The notes under the pieces were generated by a model. The model ran no database searches, was not told the DNA's origin, and saw nothing but the letters and a program-made list of their open reading frames with translations. From positions 187,880-251,879 of the forward strand of contig CAVQGX010000020.1 in NCBI GenBank assembly GCA_963712115.1: 64,000 nt of DNA, in the 5' to 3' direction. Shown piece by piece: positions 31,060 to 41,209 of this stretch (position 1 is the first letter of the stretch; each line of letters starts with the position of its first letter). This DNA is from an uncultured delta proteobacterium (GTDB lineage Bacteria > Desulfobacterota > Syntrophobacteria > BM002). The position numbers were made by a program, and so were the translations under genes.

Positions 31060-32875
31060 GGTAGTATTCCTCCTTGGGCAGCCTGATAACGAAATGACTT
31101 CCCTCGTCGATCTTGCTGCTGACTTCAACCTCCCCACCGTGCAACCGGATAATCTCGGAAGTTAATGCAAGGCCCAGGCCACTTCCGGTCTGTTCAGTGA
31201 CACGAGTGTCTGTTGAGCGGTAGAACTTGTCGAAGATATGGGCGAGATCTTCCTTGGAGATACCGTAGCCATTGTCGATTACTTCAAAAACAACAACGTC
31301 ATCCTGCTCGGTAAGGGTGAATTTGATTCGGCCCTTTTCAGGGGTATACTTAACTGCATTACCCAGGATGTTGATGATGCCAACCTTAAGTAACTCCTTG
31401 TCCCCGAATAAAGATGGGAAGTTATCCGGCAGGTTTCTCTCTATAGTGATGTTCTTCCTTTGAGCGGCTCCTTCCACTGCCGTGATGCAATCGTCAAAAA
31501 GCCAGTCGCTTTTAACCAACCCTTTGTTTAGGGTCAAACTTCCCATTTCAATTTTCGAGATATTCAGAAGGTTCTTTACCAGACGCGTCAATCTTCTCGT
31601 TTCGTCGCTAATGGTATTATAGAATTCCTTCTGCATTTCCATATTGTCAATCTCGTCCTCCATTAACATTTCATTGTATGAGTTAATAGTCGTCAATGGT
31701 GTTAACAGCTCGTGAGTAATATGCGTGATAAACTCGTGCTTTGCTTTTTCAGATGATTTTTCAGTGGTTATATTCTTAAAAGAAATTACCTTTCCAATAA
31801 CACCTTCTTCTTTACCTGTAAGATAACCAAGGGAAACCTGAAAGAACTCTCCTGAGGCCAGCTCGGGAAAGGTAGCTTCTATGTAACTGCTAGTCTTACT
31901 ATGTTTGAATTCTTCTTGTTGGAAAATGAAAGCAGTAATTTGATCATGACCCAATATCTCAGCTAAGGGATGGTCCACGACATCACTGCGGCTCTTTTCG
32001 AGAAGGTTTAACATGTACGAATTAATATGACTTATGTTGTCTTGAATATCAGTTACAATTATGCCGTAGTTTATGGAATCGAGAATGCTGAAGACGTTAT
32101 TCTTTTCAAAGGAGATTATTCCACATTTGGTTGTCAGATCGGTATTTTCCGTCTGGATTCTTTGATATTTATCCCTTAGTTTAACTACCGATTGCTCTAG
32201 ATCCCTTATGATCTCGCCAACTCCACCATTCTTCACTTCAATGGAAGATGGTGGGGTTGAATCCAGGTAGATGCTTCTGAAGTTTTGATTTACTTCTTGA
32301 AGTGGGCGAAGTGCCAGGGTAACGCCGTAGTAGACCAGGACGCCCATAGCAAAGGTAAAAAAGGCCATCATGGCCATAAGCCTCACCCGGGCTGGAGAGA
32401 ATATGGTGATGGGAGGAAGGTCGAACCCCATTCTTACAGTTCCGCTTTTTTCCCCGTCTTGATAAATCGGTTTAGCGAATTCATTGATGAGATTGTCAGT
32501 TCCGTTCATCTTGAAGGTTTGGTGAACTAGCCCGTTCACATACAAAGATCTTTGCTTGACGTCAGCCGGTATTTTGTCGACCACCTCACGGTGGGCCAAG
32601 GAGAGGAGTGGTGCGCCGGTCTGGTCATGGACAATGCAATAAACCAGACCTTCCGAGGTGACGTACTCGGCGAGAGTCTTGACGATAAAGTCACGCTTGC
32701 CCGTATTGAAATCCTCCATTGGATGCAGAGCCATGAGACTGACAAGATAGTTTCCCTTGTGCCTGAGGTCTCTCGTTCTCTTATTCTCTTCGTGTTGGAT
32801 TAGACTTTGGGCAAAGATAGCTATGCCGACAATGAACATAACGATTGTTGCAATACCGAACCGCGAAATTTTCAT
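31046..32875 (-). CDS. Membrane sensor histidine kinase with PAS domain
   Basis: Two TM segments, PAS, HELLTPL H-box, NAVKYT, DNGYGI, GSGLGL. Confidence 0.93.
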   Translation of the reverse strand: MKISRFGIATIVMFIVGIAIFAQSLIQHEENKRTRDLRHKGNYLVSLMALHPMEDFNTGKRDFIVKTLAEYVTSEGLVYCIVHDQTGAPLLSLAHREVVDKIPADVKQRSLYVNGLVHQTFKMNGTDNLINEFAKPIYQDGEKSGTVRMGFDLPPITIFSPARVRLMAMMAFFTFAMGVLVYYGVTLALRPLQEVNQNFRSIYLDSTPPSSIEVKNGGVGEIIRDLEQSVVKLRDKYQRIQTENTDLTTKCGIISFEKNNVFSILDSINYGIIVTDIQDNISHINSYMLNLLEKSRSDVVDHPLAEILGHDQITAFIFQQEEFKHSKTSSYIEATFPELASGEFFQVSLGYLTGKEEGVIGKVISFKNITTEKSSEKAKHEFITHITHELLTPLTTINSYNEMLMEDEIDNMEMQKEFYNTISDETRRLTRLVKNLLNISKIEMGSLTLNKGLVKSDWLFDDCITAVEGAAQRKNITIERNLPDNFPSLFGDKELLKVGIINILGNAVKYTPEKGRIKFTLTEQDDVVVFEVIDNGYGISKEDLAHIFDKFYRSTDTRVTEQTGSGLGLALTSEIIRLHGGEVEVSSKIDEGSHFVIRLPKEEYYLGKQ

Positions 32876-33092
32876 GGGACTTTCCTTTTTAATCGGTGAC
32901 CGCTGTGGTCTCTCGATTAATCTGTTGATTCGGGTAGATGGGAGAACATGTTTATTTTATGTAGGTTAATGCAAAATTTGTGCTCAACTGCTAGATGAAA
33001 ATAAAAATCTATATCCGGGTGAAGGCTTTAAAATTATTAGAATAAAAGCTGCGTACCAAGATCCATCCAATCCAATAAATGTATACAAAAAG

Positions 33093-33165
33093 TGCCCTCT
33101 CCTCCTTGGGAGGAGAGGGCTTCGGCGTACCTTGTGCCGAAAGGTTGGGGTGAGGGGGGGGATGA
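33093..33165. repeat. CCCTCTCC..GGAGAGGG..GGGGTGAGGG REP-like palindrome with an inserted mini-hairpin
   Basis: GCCCTCTCCTCC-TTG-GGAGGAGAGGGC, TTCGGC..GCCGAA, GGTTGGGGTGAGGG; may also act as a terminator. Confidence 0.6.
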
Positions 33166-33222
33166 ACAGCCCTATTTCTGGGCTTTATAATCTGCGGCGT
33201 ACCGCAGAAATTTTAGTAATCT

Positions 33223-35478
33223 TTACGATGTTGGAACTTCCGTCATGGGTTCGTCAGTGGCCTCAGTAGTAAGCTCCTCAGCCGGGGCTACCTCGCCGGT
33301 CTCGTCGACGGTGGTTTCCTCAGGTATTGAGGGAGCACCCATCACAATGGGTTCGTCAGTGGCCTCAGTGGTAAGCTCCTCAGCCGGAGCTACCTCGCCG
33401 GTCTCGTCGACGGTGGTTTCTTCAGGTATTGAGGGGGCACCCATCATAGTGGCTTCCTCAATGGCCTCAGCAGTAGGTTCCTCAGCAGGAGCTACCTCGC
33501 CGGTCTCTTTGAAGGCGGTTTCCTCTACTCCTTGCACCTCTTGGCCGCTACCTTCGTCAACCGGTTCAGGCGCAATAGTAGCGGGGGCGACACTAACCGG
33601 CTCAGAACCGGTGAGAGTAGGAACTATACCGGTAGTCTCACCTGGGGTGGTGTCCTCAGAGCCTAAAAATCCCTCATCTGATAACTCATCACTCTGGACC
33701 GCTACTGTCTTCGCCTCAGTCAATGTTGTTGTGGTTTCCTCCTCTGCATCATCGCCTGGCCACACCACATCTAGAGTTTGCCAGGCTTCACTGTCTGGTC
33801 GATCTGATTCCAGGGTTAAGCAATAGTCAGTCTGGTAGAACCGAAGGAGTGGTCGAATTACCATGACGTAATAGTAACCGTCCTCCGGCAGATCTGCCGA
33901 CATATCAAAGGGGATCTGGTCTTTCTTTCTTGCCCTAAAATCAACATTTGGGATCGCATCCCGAATACCCAGGAACACCCTCCCTTTGCCTCTGCGGTTC
34001 AGCCAGGAATAAAAAAGTGTGTTTACCGAGGATTCCTCTCCGGCCATCACAGTTTCTTCCCCTTCTGGTGCCAGTCTCAAGGTGATCTTTTCACCTGCTT
34101 TGCCCTGAAACTTGAACAGGCCGATGGCACGATGTAGGGGGTTGTTTTTGAGTTTAAGTTTGGAGAGTTTAGGAACGTTAGTTTCGGAACTGGCAGTAGT
34201 TGCACTGGTAATGCTCGAAGAACAGAGGGTTTTTACGGGCTCTTCATTCGGGGGAGCCTCCCCAACCACAAAGGTCAGGCCGTTTACCGCGGCTATGGGC
34301 TCACCGATGGTCAGAGCTTGGCCGTTCACATGATCTATCTTAAGAACATTTCCTGAACTATCAACACCGTACAAAACGTTCTCATGACTAAAGTCAAGAG
34401 CCACTACTGTAACCTGGCCGTTCGCCCCCACGGTTTGGATCGCACCCACAGTTTCGATCGAGAACTCTGGTTCTAAGCGGATCCTGATAAGATCACTTGC
34501 GCTGGAAACGGAGGCAACACCATATAGTACCTTTTCAGATGAATGATATGCTAGACTTGTTACGTGCCAAGTCAATGAAGCAATAGTCTCTAAGCCTAAT
34601 AACCCATCGGGAGTTTGACTGATAGTAACCAGGCTATACTTTTCCACAGCCTGCAGAGCATCAATGTCGTCGGTGTGAAAAAGAACTCCATACAGGGTAT
34701 CTCCTGCTGATTCGAGTGCGACAAAGCCGCCCTCGACATAATTAAACTCGGCAACTTTGGTGCCATCATTTGGGTTAATGGTAACAATGCTACCGGGGTA
34801 ACCTGTATCGTTGGCAGCGAAGAGCACCTTGCTAATAGGATCGAAGTCTATGTCGGCTATCGGGCCGATCTCTAGGGGGAAACGAAGAGAGCTTTGCCCA
34901 TTATCAGGGTCGATACTTATGAGCGACCCACTTTCGGAACCAGTGGTACCCAACAGATCACCAACTTTAACGTCCGCGATGGGGCCAGGCGGGTTGGACG
35001 GATCTGAACATTGGAGAAAGAGCATGTAGGAACCGGTATTACCACCTTTATCAACAGCTACTTCACCTTCATTTTTTGAGGAGGCACTGATAGCAAGGTA
35101 GTAGGTGCCATCCACAATAACTTTGATCTCAAGATATGGGTCGACAACAGTGATCTCTCCTGGCGCTTTGTCGTCATCGCTGGCACCGATTGGCTTTCCA
35201 GCGCCATCGAAGACTTCCAACAAAGAGTCAAGGGAAGAAAGATCCTCCGCATCAACATCGATGGTCAGCACCTGGCCCGCCACAAGATCGATGGAGTAAT
35301 AATCAACTTGATCAGCTGAAGTAATTTCGCCATTCCAGCTCGTTGGAGGATCAGAGCAGGTGACGGGGGTCGCAGTGGTAAAATCTGAATCAGTAGGTAC
35401 GACCGCATGAACTACCGGCACAGTGCCAAATATTAAAATGATAACTGCAAGTAAGATTAGTCTGAACGTGGGTTTCAT
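33223..35478 (-). CDS. Large secreted protein: PPC-like beta-sandwich domains, beta-propeller, acidic repeat tail
   Basis: Sec signal peptide (VVHA); DQVDYYSI.L.AG..L.IDV..LDS.L.VFD..DD..DPYL..GTYYL PPC-like motif; Glu/Thr/Pro-rich C-terminus. Confidence 0.75.
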   Translation of the reverse strand: MKPTFRLILLAVIILIFGTVPVVHAVVPTDSDFTTATPVTCSDPPTSWNGEITSADQVDYYSIDLVAGQVLTIDVDAEDLSSLDSLLEVFDGAGKPIGASDDDKAPGEITVVDPYLEIKVIVDGTYYLAISASSKNEGEVAVDKGGNTGSYMLFLQCSDPSNPPGPIADVKVGDLLGTTGSESGSLISIDPDNGQSSLRFPLEIGPIADIDFDPISKVLFAANDTGYPGSIVTINPNDGTKVAEFNYVEGGFVALESAGDTLYGVLFHTDDIDALQAVEKYSLVTISQTPDGLLGLETIASLTWHVTSLAYHSSEKVLYGVASVSSASDLIRIRLEPEFSIETVGAIQTVGANGQVTVVALDFSHENVLYGVDSSGNVLKIDHVNGQALTIGEPIAAVNGLTFVVGEAPPNEEPVKTLCSSSITSATTASSETNVPKLSKLKLKNNPLHRAIGLFKFQGKAGEKITLRLAPEGEETVMAGEESSVNTLFYSWLNRRGKGRVFLGIRDAIPNVDFRARKKDQIPFDMSADLPEDGYYYVMVIRPLLRFYQTDYCLTLESDRPDSEAWQTLDVVWPGDDAEEETTTTLTEAKTVAVQSDELSDEGFLGSEDTTPGETTGIVPTLTGSEPVSVAPATIAPEPVDEGSGQEVQGVEETAFKETGEVAPAEEPTAEAIEEATMMGAPSIPEETTVDETGEVAPAEELTTEATDEPIVMGAPSIPEETTVDETGEVAPAEELTTEATDEPMTEVPTS
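33245..33445. repeat. 102-bp tandem duplication (34-aa acidic repeat)
   Basis: ATGGGTTCGTCAGTGGCCTCAGT at 33245 and 33347; GAPSIPEETTVDETGEVAPAEELTTEATDEP x2. Confidence 0.9.
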
Positions 35479-35541
35479 TGCACATCCCCCTGGTCTGGGA
35501 TCTACCCCAAATGAAGGTTAGTTTTGCGTACGATCCCTTCT

Positions 35542-35680
35542 CGCAAAAGTAGTGCCAAAAGACTCATGTGTAAAAATAGATGTAAAATCAATTAGTTAAT
35601 GGTGTGGTAACAATTTGACCTGGTCTGGCCAAATTGCCAGATTTTGCCAATTGACCAATTGTTGTTTGGCTAAAAGGCCA
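35542..35680 (-). promoter_or_regulatory. Sigma-54 promoter with IHF site and candidate activator sites
   Basis: TGGCACTACTTTTGCG (35542-35557); AATCAATTAGTTA matches WATCAANNNNTTR (35586-35598); three 14-bp TGGC-N6-GCCA-like dyads at 35626, 35644 and 35667. Confidence 0.75.
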
Positions 35681-36184
35681 ATTCCAGGGTTGAAGAAAAG
35701 GAATGGGGCAGGGATTGTACCCTTCAATAGCAAGGGTTAATGGCTTTGAGTCCATTGAGATATGTAGTTAATATGACGACGCTTTTAATATGGGATACGA
35801 TTTTAACCAGAGGAAATTAGGCTTCCATTTGGTGAATAGACAGGATAGCCGGAGTATAAGGAAGGGGATCAGTTCAGGGTTCCCAACTGAGAGGTAAAAT
35901 GGATTGTAATGTGAAAGTTTTTTCCTCTTTTTATTTTATCAACACGACTTATCCATATAATCCATGCTGCCAAATACGGCTAACCGCTGCAAATCGGAGA
36001 AAAGATGAACCATGTTTCCCTTGATCAGTTGGGCTGCTTTGGTGGTTTTTAAAGAGAAATAAGGAGGCTAAGGTTGATACTTTGGTGGGCTGAGCAATAA
36101 AGTTCGCTTATGTGTGAAAATTTTTTCCACTTTATCTGCCGCACCCGGGTCAGATTGACACTCCCCCAGGGCCGTGATAGATAG

Positions 36185-37531
36185 GTGACCATGTGGAAGC
36201 AGAAGCGGCAAAACCTCTATTTCAAGGAAAAACAAAGGTTTCGCAGGCGACTGTTTATTGTGCTCACCCTTGTGCTGGTTTCTCTGGGAGTATTTGTCTT
36301 AACTATAGGGGCACGAAAAAAACCTTCCCCGACAAATTCAACATCTGTTATTTATCCGGGCAGATTCACTGAGAAGAAGAATTTTCGCCAGTCCGTCCGT
36401 AGCGTGACACATTCAATCGAAAGGGGAGACAGTCTTTACCAAGTACTGGTTGGCCATGGAGTTGAGTTTGGGGAGGTGGGCGAGTTGCTAACGGCCTGCA
36501 ATTCTTTAGCTGAACTACAAAGGCTAAGACCCGGTGAACTTCTTGACCTTTTTTTCAGTGGTGACTCCCAGCAGTTGACTAAGGTTCGTTACCAAGACAA
36601 TGATGGCAATGTTTTGACCCTTGCCCATGGGGGCCATGGCTGGATAACCAGTCGATACACTGAACTGCTGGTCGTTACGCCAGCTCTGGCGCGAGGCACT
36701 ATCAAAGACAGCCTTTATCAGAGTGCAATGGATGAAAAGATTGATTTTGAGCTGGCTCTGGAACTTGCCGATATTTTCGCCTGGGATATTGATTTTTTTG
36801 TGGACCTTCGGCCTGGTGACAACTATACATTTTTGTATGAGCAAAAATATAAAGAGGGCAAGTTGGTTGGAAACGGGCGAATTACCGCGGCACACTTCCA
36901 TAACGACTCTACCCGCCACCTGGCTTATTATTATAAGGTCCCCGGTAGGGCTGCTGATTACTATGACCATGAGGGAAAATCGCTGCGCAAGCAGTTCCTC
37001 AAGTCTCCTCTCCGATATTCCCGCATCAGTTCAGGTTATTCGAAGCGGAGGCTACATCCCATATTGAAAATCTATCGTCCCCACCCTGGGATTGATTACG
37101 CAGCACCCAGTGGAACACCTGTAGCAACCGTGGGGGACGGTCGGGTGATCTTAAAAGGATGGAAAAACGGCTACGGGCGCTGTATCACTATTCGGCACAA
37201 TAACCGCTACACTACCACTTACGGGCATCTATCTCGCTATGCTGCAAAGCTCAAAGTGGGCTCACACGTGGAGCAGGGTGAGGTCATCGGCTACGTGGGG
37301 GCGAGCGGCCTTGCCAATGGTTCTCATCTGGACTTCAGGATGAAAAAGAATGGCAGCTTTGTTAACCCCCTGAAAATGCGCTTTCCTGCTGCCCAGCCGG
37401 TTCCTGAGAGCCACATGGAGGACTTTAAAAAACGGGTCGCTTACTTGGAAGAAACGCTTGACCATTTAATTGTGGAGACCGAAAGGCAGAGTGCATCTCC
37501 TACGGCTTTGGCAGTTTCTGAGAGTCTGTGA
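36185..37531 (+). CDS. M23 family peptidoglycan DD-endopeptidase (MepM/Csd3-like)
   Basis: N-terminal TM, FAWDIDF, FLKSPL, HPGIDY, YGHL, SHLDF. Confidence 0.9.
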   Translation: MTMWKQKRQNLYFKEKQRFRRRLFIVLTLVLVSLGVFVLTIGARKKPSPTNSTSVIYPGRFTEKKNFRQSVRSVTHSIERGDSLYQVLVGHGVEFGEVGELLTACNSLAELQRLRPGELLDLFFSGDSQQLTKVRYQDNDGNVLTLAHGGHGWITSRYTELLVVTPALARGTIKDSLYQSAMDEKIDFELALELADIFAWDIDFFVDLRPGDNYTFLYEQKYKEGKLVGNGRITAAHFHNDSTRHLAYYYKVPGRAADYYDHEGKSLRKQFLKSPLRYSRISSGYSKRRLHPILKIYRPHPGIDYAAPSGTPVATVGDGRVILKGWKNGYGRCITIRHNNRYTTTYGHLSRYAAKLKVGSHVEQGEVIGYVGASGLANGSHLDFRMKKNGSFVNPLKMRFPAAQPVPESHMEDFKKRVAYLEETLDHLIVETERQSASPTALAVSESL

Positions 37532-37574
37532 CAGCTGTGGTTATAGCCACGCAGAATAAAGTAAGGAGAAACCA

Positions 37575-38417
37575 TTGCACCGACTTATAATCTCCATTTT
37601 GGGGTTGGCCTTGAGTATCTCTGTCGTGGGACTCGAGCTTGCCCATGGCTATCTGCTGCCACCGCAACAAATCCTGGAGTTTGTCACCGAAAAAACTGGA
37701 AAAATATACAATTTTCGTTTTGAGGTAGTGGTGGAAAGCCCTGATCCCGACCTGCCAGATACAATGATTAGGAAAGAAATGGTTTATTATGCAGCCCGCC
37801 CTGATTTCCTCCGGCTAGAAATTGTCGGCCAGGCCGAAGACTCCACCGTTTTGGTTGGATCGGGCAGGAGGCTAGCTCTTATGGATGGCCATCTCTTGGC
37901 AGAACGAGCCCGCCATGAGGATATCTTCCCTGCTCTGCTTTATGCTGACTCTCCCCAGACCCTTGAAATGCTCCTTGCGGCAGAACAGGTGGACCTTGGT
38001 CAGGTACACCTGGCTCGCCTGGGCAAGCAAATCGCTTACGTAATCGGCGGCCCACCGAGGGGAGTTGGAGCGCCCCAGTTTTGGTGTGACAAGGACAACT
38101 TCTGGCCCATAAGGCTAATTGGGCGCAGATCATCTTCTGGTGTAGATGATCTGGTGGACATCCGTTTTCTTTCCTACCAGGAGGTGGCAGGATCAATCTG
38201 GCTGCCAACCGTCATCGAGATTTACCGCCAAGACCAGCTTGTTTTTCGTATGACCGTACAGAGAACATCTTTCAATCAAAGGCTCCCCGATTCGCTCTTC
38301 GACATGGAGAAATTTGCGGCCGAGCACCCACCACCACCTCCGCCAAAAGAACCCTCCGAGAAACCAGCTGAAGAGCTGGAAGAAATGCGCCGCTATCTTG
38401 AGAAGAAGTACGAGTAA
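37575..38417 (+). CDS. Exported protein, LolA-like fold
   Basis: Signal peptide; RPDFLRLE, FWCDKDNFWPIR, F..Y..V....LP..I, FN..LPDSLF. Confidence 0.55.
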   Translation: MHRLIISILGLALSISVVGLELAHGYLLPPQQILEFVTEKTGKIYNFRFEVVVESPDPDLPDTMIRKEMVYYAARPDFLRLEIVGQAEDSTVLVGSGRRLALMDGHLLAERARHEDIFPALLYADSPQTLEMLLAAEQVDLGQVHLARLGKQIAYVIGGPPRGVGAPQFWCDKDNFWPIRLIGRRSSSGVDDLVDIRFLSYQEVAGSIWLPTVIEIYRQDQLVFRMTVQRTSFNQRLPDSLFDMEKFAAEHPPPPPPKEPSEKPAEELEEMRRYLEKKYE

Positions 38418-38421
38418 CCTT

Positions 38422-38605
38422 TAGCCCGGATATTTCATGAATAACCTGCTGCGACCACAGATATGGCCTTCCTTCCTGGCGTCCTCGGCTGTTGGCCCCT
38501 GCGACGTACCGTTCAGGTACGCCTCGGAACCAACACCCTGCGGTTGCCAGGTGGCACGACCATCTTCGCGGTCTCGCGACAGCAATTCATGAAAAATCCG
38601 GGCTA
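38422..38605. mobile_element. MITE with ~20-bp terminal inverted repeats
   Basis: TAGCCCGGATATTTCATGAAT..ATTCATGAAAAATCCGGGCTA with TTAG/CTAG at the ends; central GCGACGTAC..GTACGCCTC dyad. Confidence 0.8.
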
Positions 38606-38619
38606 GGTTGGGAGCACAA

Positions 38620-41070
38620 ATGAGCGCGTTTTATGTTGAGGTGGCAGTGGTGCTGCCGGTAATCGGTACCTACTACTACCAGGTGCCCCCAGAATTGAGG
38701 GAGAAGGTAGCAGTGGGACGGCAGGTGCTGGTGCCCTTCGGCCGGAGGCGGCTTACAGGATACATACTCGGGATCAAGCAGCAGCAGCCGCCGGGTGTGG
38801 ACGTTGCCATCCGTGATGTTATTCAGGTAAGTACAGAGGAGTGTCATTTTAGCGAACCGCATCTTCCCTTTTACCGGTGGCTGAGCAACTATTATCTGGC
38901 CCCTTTGGGAGAGGTAATCCAGTCCGCTTTGCCCAGAGGAACCAGCACCAGCACCCGCCGTACCGCTTCCATTAGTGAGGCCGGCCTTCTTTCCCTCGGA
39001 GAGTCGACCCTTGAGGAAGAAGAGACTGCTGTGCTTTCCCTGCTGCGGGAACATCCTGCTATGACCCTGAGACAGATTCGGAGCCGTCTGCCGGAGCATA
39101 ATGCAGGACGGATTTGCCGCCGCCTTGGGCGCAGGGGCTTAATCCTCTGGGAGGATCAGGTGCAAGAGCCCAGGATCAAACCAAGATACCTGAAAATGGT
39201 CAGGGCCTCGCACAATTTGGATTTGGCCAATCTGCAGGAACAAGAACTCAAAGCAAAAGAGTTAGAGATACTCGCCCTATTAAAAGAAGGCCCCCTTCTT
39301 CTCAAGGATCTGAAAGGGCAGATAGAAAATGGCTACTACTGGATTCGAAAGATGCTAGATCGAGGGCTGGTCGCTGTGGGAGCGGAAGAGGTCTATCGAG
39401 ATCCTATGGGTGCAGTTGCAGTTGAATCCAGCCCCCCACAAAACCTCAATGTTGATCAACAGCAGGCGATTCGGACCATCTGCCAGGCTTTGAAAGAGAG
39501 GAGCTTTGCCAGTTTTTTGCTCCATGGAGTTACTGGCAGCGGCAAGACCGAAGTATATCTGGTTGCCGCCGCCGAAGCCATGCGCTTGGGTCAGCAAAGC
39601 CTGGTGTTGGTGCCTGAGATTGGACTTACAGCCCAGATGGAGGGACTTTTCCGCCAGCGTTTTCAATCCAGGGTGGCCATCCTCCACAGTGGCTTAGGTA
39701 GTGGCGAGCGGAGGGATGAGTGGGTAAGAGTTCGCAGAGGCGAAGTCGATGTGGTGGTGGGCGCCCGCTCTGCCCTTTTCGCCCCCCTGGATAGATTGGG
39801 TCTTATAGTAGTTGACGAGGAACATGACGGCTCATACAAACAGGAAAGAGGTCTTCGCTACCACGGGCGAGACGCGGCGGTGATGAGAGCGAAAATGGAA
39901 GGGGCTGTTGTAGTCATGGGTTCTGCCACACCCGCACTCTCCTCTTATCACAATGCCCTCCAGGGTAAGTTCCATTTGCTCGGCTTACCTCACCGCATTG
40001 ATCACAGGCCTCTGCCCAAGGTAACCGTCATAGATATGAAACACCAAAGACAGGGAGATCTTATATCTCATCCCCTGCGCCAGGCCCTGGCCGATACACT
40101 TTCACAAGGCAAGCAGGCTCTCTTGCTGATCAACCGCCGTGGTTATGCCAATTTTCTCCTCTGTCGTAACTGCGGTCATGTTAGCCACTGCCGCAATTGT
40201 GCCGTGAGTCTCACCTGGCACCGGACCGGGGAGGAACTGCGGTGTCACTTGTGCGGCCTGGCCATGGCAGTTCCCCCAGTGTGCCCTCAATGTAATGGTG
40301 AAACCCTAAAACCCTTCGGCTTTGGTACCCAGCGGGTGGAGGCGGAGGTAAAATGCCTTTTGCCGGAAGCCCGGGTGAATCGTATGGACCGCGACACCAC
40401 GCGGAGCAAACAGTCACACAGAAAGCTTCTGAATGATGTCCGCCGTGGTCGTACCGACATTCTGGTTGGCACTCAGATGATAGCCAAGGGCCATGATTTT
40501 CCCAATATTACCCTGGTGGGGGTGGTGAGTGCTGACATTGCTCTCCAGTGGCCAGATTTCCGTGCGGCAGAAAATACCTTTCAGGTTTTGACTCAGGTGG
40601 CGGGGCGAGCAGGCCGGGGAGAAAGTCCGGGTAGCGTGCTGGTGCAAACTTACAACCCCGGACATTACAGTATCCAATTTGCCAAGAACCACGATTACCT
40701 GGGGTTTTTCAACGAGGAGATGAATTTTCGCCAGGAGCTCGGCTATCCTCCTCACCGACGCCTTATTCTCTTTCAACTCGCGGGCAATGTGGAAGAGAGG
40801 ACCCAGGAGGCTGCGCAGTTGCTTGCGGACAGATGTCAGGAAATATGCCGGAAGCAGTCAGAATTGTCGCCAGAGTTGGAGATACTCGGTCCGGTGCCCG
40901 CCCCCCTAGGCAAGGTTAAGGGCAAGTATCGGTGGCAACTCCTGCTCAAGTCGAAAAAGGTGACCCCCCTTCTCGATGTGGGCCGTCAGCTGGTAAATTG
41001 GGGCTACGGAGAATTCAAAGGATTCGGGGTGAGTCTGACCGCAGATGTGGACCCGATCTCGCTCATATAG
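38620..41070 (+). CDS. priA: Primosomal protein N'
   Basis: VPFG, GVTGSGKTEVY, DEEHD, SATP, four CxxC pairs, GTQMIAKG, QVAGRAGR. Confidence 0.96.
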   Translation: MSAFYVEVAVVLPVIGTYYYQVPPELREKVAVGRQVLVPFGRRRLTGYILGIKQQQPPGVDVAIRDVIQVSTEECHFSEPHLPFYRWLSNYYLAPLGEVIQSALPRGTSTSTRRTASISEAGLLSLGESTLEEEETAVLSLLREHPAMTLRQIRSRLPEHNAGRICRRLGRRGLILWEDQVQEPRIKPRYLKMVRASHNLDLANLQEQELKAKELEILALLKEGPLLLKDLKGQIENGYYWIRKMLDRGLVAVGAEEVYRDPMGAVAVESSPPQNLNVDQQQAIRTICQALKERSFASFLLHGVTGSGKTEVYLVAAAEAMRLGQQSLVLVPEIGLTAQMEGLFRQRFQSRVAILHSGLGSGERRDEWVRVRRGEVDVVVGARSALFAPLDRLGLIVVDEEHDGSYKQERGLRYHGRDAAVMRAKMEGAVVVMGSATPALSSYHNALQGKFHLLGLPHRIDHRPLPKVTVIDMKHQRQGDLISHPLRQALADTLSQGKQALLLINRRGYANFLLCRNCGHVSHCRNCAVSLTWHRTGEELRCHLCGLAMAVPPVCPQCNGETLKPFGFGTQRVEAEVKCLLPEARVNRMDRDTTRSKQSHRKLLNDVRRGRTDILVGTQMIAKGHDFPNITLVGVVSADIALQWPDFRAAENTFQVLTQVAGRAGRGESPGSVLVQTYNPGHYSIQFAKNHDYLGFFNEEMNFRQELGYPPHRRLILFQLAGNVEERTQEAAQLLADRCQEICRKQSELSPELEILGPVPAPLGKVKGKYRWQLLLKSKKVTPLLDVGRQLVNWGYGEFKGFGVSLTADVDPISLI

Positions 41071-41205
41071 GCTCTCAGCGATCAGCAGACAGCTGTCAGC
41101 TGGAGAAATGCCTAAAATGAACTAAAGTGAACTAAAATGCCTAAAGTTGCTTAAAAGAAAATTTCCTGCCTATGGTTTTTTCTGAGAGCTGACAGCTGAA
41201 TGCTA
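41071..41205. repeat. CAGC/GCTG heptamer arms enclosing CTAAA periodic repeats
   Basis: CTCTCAG CGATCAG CAGACAG CTGTCAG..AATGCCTAA AATGAACTAA AGTGAACTAA..CTGAGAG CTGACAG CTGAATG. Confidence 0.75.
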
Positions 41206-41209
41206 CTTC

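Noticed and set aside
32970-32986. Sigma-54 promoter for the kinase operon (GAGCACAAATTTTGCA)
   Set aside because: The invariant -24 GG reads AG, so it is not called, although position and the -12 box fit.
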